Shown: positions 53,905-64,000 of the stretch, one piece after another
Layout of the letters: each line of letters opens with the position of its first letter
Numbering within the stretch: the first letter of the stretch is position 1
Source of the DNA: Cetorhinus maximus
Taxonomy: Eukaryota
Reading direction: 5' to 3'
NCBI RefSeq assembly: GCF_964194155.1
Contig: NC_135916.1
Location: forward strand, 1,550,001-1,614,000
DNA length: 64,000 nt
Made by a program: the position numbers and the translations under genes
The notes under the pieces: generated by a model
The model's input: the letters and a program-made list of their open reading frames with translations, nothing else
The model's database searches: none
Told to the model about the DNA's origin: nothing

Positions 53905-55440
53905 CAGAATAGATATGGAAGTAATTCCATGGGATACCACAGGGATCAGTGTTTAGGCCTCAACTATCCACAATCTATAACAATAATTTGCATGAGGAAA
54001 CCAGAAGTATTGTTTCCAAGTTTGCTGACGACATGAAACTTGGTGGGAATGTGAGTGGTGGGGAGGGTGTCAAGTGGATTCAAGGCCATTTAGACAAGTT
54101 GATTGAGTGGGCAAATATATGGCAGATGCTTTAAAACATCGATTATGAACATAAGAACTGAAGAAATAGGAACAGGAGTGGGCCAATTGGCCCCTGGAGC
54201 CTGCCACATCATTCAATAAGATCATGGCTGATTTCTTTGTGTTTCAATCCCCACATTATCATCTACCCCCATAACCTTTGATTCCCTTGCCTATTAAAAA
54301 TCTATCTAACTCTGCCTTAAAAGTTCTCAATGACCCTGCCTCCACTACCTTCTGAGGCAGAGATTTCCAAAGTCACACAGCCCTCTGAGAGAGAAAAAAA
54401 TATCCTCACCCATGTCCAAAAAAGGGCGATATCTAATTTAGAAACAGTGCCCCCTATTACTGGAAACATCCTCTTGGTATCCACAATTTCAAGGCCATTC
54501 AGGATCTTGTATACATCAATCAATCACCCCTCACTCTTCTAAGACCCAGTGGAAACAAGCACAGTCTGTCCAACCTTTTCTTATAAGACATCCCACTCAT
54601 TCTAGGTAACTATCTAGTAAAGCTTCTCTGAACCACCTCCAATTAGTGTGAAGTTATCCACATCAGTTGAAAAGACAGCATGGGAGAGTATTATTTACAT
54701 GGTGATAGACTGGGAAAGGTTGAAGTAAAAAGGGAGCTGGGTACCCATGCACACCAATCACTGAGAGCAAGCATGCAGGTGCAGGTAGCACTTAAGAAGG
54801 CAAATTAAATGTTGGCCTTCATCTTGACATGGTTGATTGCAGGAGCAATGATGTCTAACTGCAGCTATACAGGGCCTTAGCAAGACCACTCCTGGAGTAT
54901 TGTGTGCAGCTTTGGTCTCCTTGCCTAAGGAAGGATATATTTATCATAAGAGGAGTGCGGCGAAGATTCACCAGAGTGATTCCGGAGATGGCAGGATTGT
55001 CCTCTGAGGAGAGTTTGGGTCGAGTAGGCCTGTTTTCACTGGAGTTTAAAAGGATGAGAGGGGGTCTCAATGAAAGGTGTAACATTCTGACAGGGCTGGA
55101 CAGATTGGGTGCAGGGATGATGATTCCTCTGGCTGGGGCTCTAGAACAAGGGGTCACAATCTCAGGATACGGGGTAGATGGTTTAGAACTGAGATGAGGA
55201 GAAACTTCTTCAATCAGAGGGTGGTAAACCTGTGCAATTCTCTATGATAGAAGAGTGTGAAAGCCAAGTCACTGAATATATTTAAGAGCAAAATAGATAG
55301 ATTTCAAGACTCCAAAGGCGCAAGGCTATGATAACAGTGTGGTTGGATGTTGTTGAGATATAGGGCAGCCATGATTAAATTGAATGGCAGAGCTGGCTCA
55401 ACAGGGCAAATGACCTACTCCTGCCCCTATTTTCTCTCTT
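53905..55440 (+). mobile_element. CR1-type LINE with a nested antisense CR1 3' fragment (54147-54643)
   Basis: SKFADDMKLGG...WANIWQM, then the antisense insert, then LWSPCLRKDI...RRFTRVIP. Confidence 0.9.
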
Positions 55441-56931
55441 TCCATGCCTGATATGTGATAATGGATTTCAGCTGTACCAGTTAGTTCATGTTTGGGTTGT
55501 GTGTAATTTGTTCTGTATTCATATCTCTGACTTGCAAGTGGTATATTTTGCTCTGTTCCTGATCATTTCTGATGAGCTGAACGGTGGTTCTGTTTAGAAC
55601 CTGTTGATTTCTCCTATGTGAATGTGGGATTTCCTTTGTCCTTGTCAGTTTATGGCATGAAGGTTTAAATCTGCAGCTAATGCAAATTCCAAATACTGTG
55701 GATATTGGAAATCTCAAGAAGAAAAATTAAAAATGCTGGAAATACTGAGCAGCTCTGGCAAGATTTGTGGAGACAGAAACAAAATTGCCATTTGTTTAAA
55801 AACTCCGACCTGATGAAGCGACATTGATCTGAAATGTTCAGTCTTGTTTTTTTCTCCACAGATGCTCCCAAACTCGTTGATTATTCCCCACATTTTCTTT
55901 GTTTGTCCCCGAATATGTTATTTCCAGCAAGTGCATCTGGCAGTTTCTAATGGTTAATTTTGTCTTTCATATTGACAGGTTGCAATAATTAAATGGAGAT
56001 TTTGCTCTGTAACTTTCACTTGTTTCTTTTTGTGTATCTGTGTTTTCTGCACCTGCCAGTTTCGAGTATGTGAGGATTTATTTGTACTGCAAATTTTATA
56101 TTGTGCCAAGTGGATGTGTATCTGTTAGGTTCTCTGAACTTACTGTGCTTTTAATGCTTTACCTGTCTGTGAATTAGGATTCTGCACTGTTCCCTGTTAT
56201 TTGCTCGTGCGACTGTATTGTTCCCAACATACGTGTAATTGCTGCTGGCCTTTACTATGCATATGTCAGTCTCTGTAATGTGAGTGTAGCTATTACTCTG
56301 CACTTGTTTGTGCCTGATTTGTGAGTATATGTTTGAGTATTTTTGCCTGCAACTTAAATGGAATGTGTGTTTTACTATTAACTCTCATTTGCTGAGATGT
56401 GTGTATGTGGGTGGATCTAATCCTGTACCTGTACCTCTGTGATATATCAGCGTGACTGTATATCCCCCCCTATCATTTCAGGGTCACATATGTGAAAATG
56501 ATTCTGTGTCCCTTAGTTTATTGTAAATGAGTGAGGATTTAATCATTTAATGTGTGTCCTCTGTATGAGAATGTTTTTTGAATTGCATTTTCACTAATAT
56601 CTCTCATTATCCAGTATAATTTATGCAATTTAGTTTCATGCCAGTCAGTTTCTAGTATTTGAGTGTGATTTCACTCGATATCTTTCTGTCTCTTGCATGC
56701 ATGCCTTGGTGAAACTTATTTTCAACCTGTCACTGTCTGGTATGTTTTATACTTATATGTCAGCCATTTTTCAGTGAATGTGACTTTTATTTTGTGTGTT
56801 TTTAGTGCTTTTACTTTTATATATGTTTGTAAATTAGGTAACTGGAACAGAATCTTAACCTGCAGTCAATCAGTTGTGTGTCACTATCTTGTTACATTTG
56901 ACTAAGTGTCTAAAGTTTACTGCACCTTCAG

Positions 56932-58545
56932 TAGAGAAAATAACTGAGCAAACTATTGGGATTAAAGGGTGACAAGTCCCCAGGACCTGATGGGCTAAAT
57001 CCCAGGGTCTTAACGGAAGTGGCAGCATAGATAGTGAATGCATTGGCTATAATATTCAAAAATTCCCTGGATTCTGGAAAGGTTCCAGTGGTTTGGAAAG
57101 ATGCTTATATAACGCCCTTATTCAAAAAGGGGGGGAGGGAGAAAGTAGTAAACTATAGACCAGTTAGTATAACGTCTGACATTGGGAAATTGTTGGAACA
57201 CATTATTGAGGAAGAAGTAATGGGGCATCTGGAAAGTCAAAATGCATCCATCAGAGTCAGCATGGTTTTATGAAGAGTAAATCGTGTTTGTCTAATTTGA
57301 TAGATTTCTTTCAAGATGTGAGAAGCAAAGTGGGTAATGGGGATCCTGTAGATGTTGGATATCTGGACTTCCAGAAGGCCTTTGATAAGGTGCTGCACAA
57401 AAGATTAATACGCAAGGTAAGATTACACAAGGTTAGGGGTAATGTATTAGTTTGGATAGAGGATTGGCTAACCAACAGAAAGCAGAGATTCGGGAAAAAT
57501 GTGTATTTTTCTGGATGGCAATCTGTAACTAGTGGGGTTCCACAGGGTTTGGTCAATGATCCCCATTTATTTACAATCTATATTAATGATTTGGATTCAG
57601 GGATAGAAGGTCCGATAGCTAAATTTGCAGATGACACCAAAATAGGTGGGGAAGTAAGTTGCAATGAAGAAATAAGAAATTTTCAAATGGATATGGACAG
57701 GTTAGCTGAATGGGCAGATGGAGTTTAACGTGGATAAGTGTGAGTTTATCCATTTCGGTTGGAAGAATAAAAAGGTGACTTATTATTTAAATTGAGAGAA
57801 ACTGCAGAATGCTTCAGTACAGAGGGATCTGGATGACCTCACGCATGAATCGCTAAAAGCTAATATGCAGGTACAGCAAGTAATTAGGAAGGCAAATGGA
57901 TTTTTGGCATTTATTGCTAAAGGAAACGAGTATAAAAATAGACAAGTATTGTTGCAACTGTCCAAGGCATTGGTGAGACCGCACCTGGAGTACTGTGCAC
58001 AGTTTTGGTCCCCATACTTGAGGAAGGATGTAGTTGCATTGGAGGCAGTTCAGAGGAGGTTCATTAGATTGATTCCAGAGATGTGGGGCTTGTCTTATGA
58101 GGAGAGATTGAGTAGTTTAGGCCTATACTTGCTCGAGTTTAGAAGGATGAGAGGAGATCTAATTGAGGTATATAAGATTCTAAAGGGAATCGACAAAATA
58201 AACGAGGAGTGGATGATTCCCCTTGAGGGGCATTCTAGAACGAGAGGCCATAGTTTTAGGCTAATGGGTGGTAGGTTTAAATCAATGATGTGGAGGAATT
58301 ACTTTTCTCAAAGGGTCATGAATCTGTGGAATTCACTACCTCAGAGTGCAATAGATGCCGGGACGCTGATAAAATTAAAGGAGGAGATAGACAGATTTTT
58401 ATTTAGTAACGGGTTGAAAGGTTCTGGGGAAAGGGCAGCAAATTGGCGTTGAGGCCAAAATGAGATCAGCCATGATGGTAATGAATGGTGGGGTAGGCTC
58501 CAGGGGCTGAATTGCCAACTCCTGCTCCTAGTTCTTATGTTCTTG
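56932..58545 (+). mobile_element. CR1-type LINE, 5'-truncated (paralog of 6690-8302)
   Basis: NYRPVSITS, YLDFQKAFDKV, SGVPQG, FTIYINDL, KFADDTK, with frameshifts. Confidence 0.95.
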
Positions 58546-61138
58546 TGTGCTACCAATGTATATGATCCTGCTAATTTTCAGCTGTGTATGTTTAAAGTAC
58601 TACCGCAATATCTGCTTCTTAACTATCAGGACAGCATTGAATTACTTAGATGCTGTCAAAGTTCCATGTATATACTCATAGATGCTTCTTGTGTGTTTGT
58701 GTGTATGTGTGTTTGTGTCTGTAGGTGTAAATGTTTGTGAATATCTGCGTGACTGTGTGTGTCGGAGAGAACGTGCATATTTGTTACTGTGTGCATGTAT
58801 TTATGCATGTATGTGTTTGTGCTTCTGTGTGTGTGAGGGCCTGTGTGTAAGTTTGTGCGCATGTGTGTGATTTTTTTTGTGTGTGTGTGTTTGTGTATGT
58901 GTGCAACAGATGGTGTGCGCATTTGTGTTTATGTATGTTTGTCTGTGTGTGTTAGTGCATGAGCCTGCAAGTGTGTGAGTGTTTGTGTGGGAGTGTGCAG
59001 GGCTCATTTCCCATTTGTCTTTCTCCGGGACAGAATGCAGTTTTGGAATTAAATTTAATGAAATTTAAGTGTACAAGCTGTGACCGTCAGTAATGGTGTA
59101 ATTAATTCCCTATATCTCAGTTATTGTACAGTTTGTGTATCTCAAGTTCATGCTCTGTGTATATGACTCACTTATTGTACATGTGATGGTTTCTTCTGTG
59201 CATAATATGTATCCCATGCATGTGTGTGAAAACTATTTCTTCAATGCGTTAATCTATTACTGTTTCCTGGCCCTGTTGCAGATTAAAACATGAAAATTTG
59301 CATTTACCAAAGAGAGGTTTTCTTCTTTTATTTACTGTGAACTAAGGTATAGCATTCAGGCTGCAACTCAGCAAAGTCTTTGTGAATGATAATGAGATGC
59401 TTGTACTTACATGTTGTGTATGTCATATCTGATTCATTCCATGTGTAGTGATCTTAAGTTATGAATCATAGTGAGGATATTAAACCGGCATGTGTTGTGT
59501 ATCCATGCCATATTAATTAAAATTACACTTTCTCTTCATTTTAGATATAGTATGAGATCTTTGGACGGGGATTCAATGTGTTCCTCTGTGAAACCCAGGT
59601 ACATTCTTCAGATTAATTTTGTACATTTCAGTCAGTTGCACTATCTGTAGCTAAGACTGCACTCTTCTGAAATGAATGAGCTGCCTTTCAATCTGATAGT
59701 GTTTGTGATTTTGGACTGAGATTGATGGACCTGCCATTCTGCGGTGCTCAGTGAGTGTGAATTGGGGAGAAATGTTGTTCTGTTGTGCTCTTTGAACAAT
59801 AACGTGCCTATATCCATTCGAAGCACGGGGCTGCATGATTATTTTAGATGGGGAATCAGTACCTTGGGGCTGGTGCACTACGGGAGATGTTGGCGCAATG
59901 TTATATCATTATGAGATTGCAGGTGAGTGTGTGTCTGTGCATGTGTGTGTGTGAGTACATTTACCTTCTGGTCTTTACTGTGAGAGAGATTTATTTCTCC
60001 TGCACTATTTATATTACATTATGTGAATGTGGGATCGCACTGTATCTTTCACTTTTTAACATCTTAATTTGGGGTTTATTCATTCCCTGTCTGTGCATGG
60101 GGATTTCAAAATGCACCTAGTTATTTGCTGCTTTGTCATTGTGTGTTTTATAGTATAAATGTTAGTAATTGATTCTGGGCTTTACTCTGGATCATTGACT
60201 CTCTGTAATGCATTTGTGGCTATTACTCAGCACCTGCCTGTGCCTGATTTGTGAGTATGCATCTTACTTTCACTGTTTCTGACATGTAATGCATATTTTT
60301 ACTCATTGCCTCTCAGTTACAGGTGTGTGGATTTGCAGATTTTATTCTATATCTGTAATTCTGTGATATGGCAGTGTGATTTATTTTCCTGTTGTTTGTG
60401 TCAGGATTAGAATTGTGAGCGTGGAAACATTTTGCTGAAACTCAGGTGATTTTAAATGAGTGAGAATTTAATCATTTGCTGTCAATCCCTGGTATGAGAA
60501 GGTATGGTTTAATCTATGCATATTGTATTATTGTATGTGAGTATTGTCTTTTCCCAGGGTCTGCATGCACCTTGTGGATCATTGTCGATTTTGCTGTGAA
60601 CATGTCAGCCTGTATTACTTGAGTGTGATGTTCACATTGCACCTTTCAATTTAGTGTGTGACCAACAACCTCCCCCAACACTAACATCCGCTGCACCACA
60701 CCCAGCTGTATCTCTTGGTCTTTGGTGCGGGCTTTTAAGTTTTACTCGGCAGCTTACGGATTTTGATGCATTTTCAGGAGTGATTTTACTGTAGCTATCA
60801 ACATTTGATTTCTCGGTACCTATTCTCTACCTATTTTGAAAAGTCTGTCATGGAAAAATTGACTATATTCAACACCTCTCTTTCTCTGGTATCTGTCTGT
60901 GGTTTTACAATGCAAGTGTCTGCCCCTGTTATGGAAATCTAGCTTTATTCTGTATCTGTCAGTCCCTCCTATGAGAGTGGTGTTATGTTATTCACTGTAA
61001 TTGTCAATATCTGTTTTGTGAGTTAAGGTTTAAACTTTCTTGTTTGTAGAGATCTGTCAATATAACTATTCTGAAAACACTGTTCTGGCATGTGATGTGT
61101 ATGCGTGTCTGTATTAATGAATAAGTACTTTATCATTA

Positions 61139-61720
61139 CCAGGAGGAGGTGATGGCGTAGTTGTATTGTCATTGGACTAGTAATCTGGAGACCCAGGGTA
61201 ATGCTCTGGGTTCGAACCCTGACACTGCAGATGGTGGAACTTAAAATCAATAAAAATATGAATTGAATTAATGATCACCATGAAACCATTGTTGATTGAG
61301 GTAAAAACCCTTCTGGTTAACTAATATCCTTTAGAGAATGAAGTTTGTCGTCCATGTACATGTGACTCTACACCCACACGTAAATGACCTAGCTAGCCAC
61401 TCAGTTGAAACAAGCAGCTACAAAGAGATCATTGACAATGGCAATCTCAGCCCTGTCAACCCTGAGGGACAAGGGCAGCAGATCGATGAAAACACCAAAA
61501 CCTGGAAGTTCTCCTCCAGGTGCCTCACCATTCTGACATGGAAATATGTTGTCATTGCTGGGTCAAAAACTAGGAACTCCCTTGCTCTCAGCACTGTGGG
61601 TGTATCACACCACAGGGACTGCAGTGGCTCAAGAAAGCAGCTCACAAACCACCTTCTCAAGGGCAACTAAATGATGGCACAGCCAGCGAAGCAAACAACT
61701 CAAGAATGAATAAAATAAAA
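61139..61720 (+). mobile_element. tRNA-derived SINE (paralog of 11031-11620)
   Basis: TGGCGTAGTTG, GGTTCGAACC, same tail. Confidence 0.8.
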
Positions 61721-62871
61721 GTATGATTCTGTGTGAGATATTTGGTGTTGAATCTATTGTGCTGCTTCATGAATGCTGGGTACATTCAAGGATTAATTCA
61801 GTGAATTTCAATCAGCTTTATTACCTGATATTAAAATTGTAGCCAATGTTCCACTCTTGTGACATGCATGCAGTGAGCTTCAATCTGATATTGGTTGTGA
61901 GTTTGGACTGAAATTGGTGGACCTGCCATTCAGAGGTTCTAAGTAGGAGTGTATTGAGATTATTCCAACCATCTCGCCACCTCCGCCCCCCCTCTGAGTG
62001 TTTGACTATTGGATTGAGCATATGTATCTGGTATGACTTCAACTTGACTCTGACTATTTCTGTTCGTGGTGATGGTGGAAATGATGTTCTGTCTGTATCT
62101 GTGCACTCTGTGAATAATATCATACCTGCTGTCAGTAAGAATGAGATGGCTGCACTTTTATTTTGGTTGGGAAATCAACAGCTTGAAAACGATCCCTTCA
62201 TATATTTGCCTAGAGGAAGAAACATATCTCTTGTAAGTCAAGATCAGCTGAGGTTTTGAAAGAAAATAGATCAACGTAACCTGTCAACTGATAATCAATT
62301 TTTATAATGCTCGACAAATCATCAAGAACAATTATAAAGTACAGTCCCTGATTCCACTTCAGCAATCTGCTTCGTTACTTTTCAAACAATTGAGAAACAT
62401 TCAGAAACAATCCTGGCCTGTCCTCCTCCAAGGATGTCACTACCCGCGGGGACAGAGACATTGATGCAGGTCAGGTTTCAATCTCCAGCTCCCACTGTAA
62501 GAGCCGTCAACTGAAACTAACAGCCGCTGCGACAATGTTTCTTTAACATTTATCACTTGAAAAGCTGGTGCCTGCGATGGGTGATATTTAATTGATTGTT
62601 CCCCATCCTCACGGTGCGCCTGTTTCCACTGTTCACTGTCCAAATCCCGACAAGTTGCATGAATCAGCAGCTATACTTGGAATATGCATTACAGGATTGA
62701 GGGGAGGATATCCCAATAGTTTTCAATTGCAGCTTGCTCAGGTTCTGTCTCCCTCAGCAGGGCCACACACAGCCCCAGAAAGGCCTCTCCCCGACCACCC
62801 GCTCACTCCAAGTTCCGGAACACGTTCCCGCTCCGCTCCGCCTCTTACAAACAGCCCCCGGTTCCCCCTGA

Positions 62872-63130
62872 ACTTACCCCGAGTCAATGATGATTTCTGT
62901 GTCCACACTGACAAACCGGGGCCCTGCTGGAATCAGAACGCTGTTTACTCGCTTATCCGGGCCCTAATATTTCCTTTTCTATCTGTTTGAAACAAAGGTC
63001 TCCCGCTCACTGAGTGAAAAGCTTCAAGGGCGGAGTCTGGGATCAGGGTCGCGCATGCGCTCTTCTAGCCATGTCTGAGGAGCTGAATGAAAACAGGAAT
63101 GCGCATGCGTTTTTCTGAATTAAACGTCAC
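62872..63130 (-). promoter_or_regulatory. Putative promoter plus non-coding first exon (copy 3)
   Basis: GCGCATGCGC 63051-63060, GCGCATGCGT 63101-63110, ACGTCA ~63124, donor at 62877. Confidence 0.6.
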
Positions 63131-63444
63131 CGAACAAACGTCATTTGCTCCTCCCCTCAGAAAATGCTCTCCAGCTTGAGCATCACAATGGGTCTGTGTG
63201 GAACGGGCAGAGTTTCAGGCAGGTGGACGATTCCTGTATGAAGCTCAAACTGATATCGCTCCCTGCAGCATCTTTGCTGTTCATTCACCGGTTTAGGAAA
63301 TCAATCCGCCCAGTGAATCTATGTCACAAAAAAAACATAAAATGCTGGAAAAACTCAGCAGATCTGACTACATCTGTGCAGAGGAAGAATGTCTCTCCCC
63401 GCTCCACCCCCTTGAGGTTTTCCTGCATTTTTTGGTTTTGTTTC

Positions 63445-63780
63445 CTCCTCCTCTTTTACCCCGTCCGCTGTTTAGCCTGAAGATTCTATAGACCGGAATG
63501 TTGTGCTGCCAATCCTGCCTTTCCCTCAACCAATGATGGCTTCTATATCACAATTCCTCGTGGCAATCCTCACCCTTAACTTATCCGTTTTACCTTCAAT
63601 ACGCCTGGCACTAAAGTTGAGGCCATCCAACCTTGCCTTACTTCATTGAAGATTATTGCAGCTGTACTTCCTCTGTCTTGATTGTTTTACTGGATTATGA
63701 TGTGTCCCTATTCTTCTAACATTCTGTGTCCCCACCACCTCCCGAATTATATAAACCCCTCCCAGTAGCACTAGCCTATC
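63445..63780 (-). mobile_element. CR1-type LINE fragment related to 14270-14615
   Basis: Colinear with 14270-14615 (GCTGCCAATCCTGCC.TTCCCTCAACCA; AGCACTAGCCTATC). Confidence 0.75.
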
Positions 63781-64000
63781 TGTGTGTGTGCCTCTCTCTC
63801 TCTCTGCCTCTCTATCCCAATCTCTATCTCTCTTTCACTCACTATTGCTCCCTCTCGTCCTTTCTCTCTTGCTCCCTTTCGCCCCCCATCTCTCTACTTC
63901 TGGTGCTGTGAATGTTACTGATGCTGTGATCCATCCTCCATTGATATGCGTGACACCGTTAGTGTTCATCCTCTCTCAGAAATTCAGTTCTGACATTTCA

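Larger units (their letters stand above)
49164..64000 (+). repeat. Segmental duplication, copy B
   Basis: Same order of spacer modules, CR1s, SINE and promoter element as 1-14837, roughly 90% identical by eye, with several indels. Confidence 0.97.

Overview
Eukaryotic (vertebrate) genomic DNA containing a replication-dependent histone gene cluster. It is most likely from a cartilaginous fish, inferred from the H1 sequence and the CR1 LINE/SINE types. Nine intronless histone ORFs each have a 3' stem-loop and downstream element: H1 x1, H4 x4, H3.2 x2 and H2A x2. I found no H2B. The genes derive from an ancestral H1> H4> H3> <H2A cassette that was copied several times. Individual coding regions were then deleted, leaving orphan promoters and orphan 3' ends. 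The cassettes are separated by multi-kb T/G-rich spacers that appear to be an old, degenerate ~41-42 bp tandem repeat carrying CR1, SINE and Penelope-type relics. Three spacers end in a strongly conserved, minus-strand, double-NRF1-motif promoter/first-exon-like element with no visible downstream coding exon. Positions 1-14.8 kb recur at 49.2-64 kb (~49 kb period). Other notable points: both H2A genes carry K15R, H1 has an apparent in-frame early stop, one H3 is nested inside the promoter and 3' end of another H3 lineage, and one H4 has circularly permuted flanks. There is a 224-N gap at 24150-24373. All alignments were made by eye, so repeat boundaries and identities are approximate.
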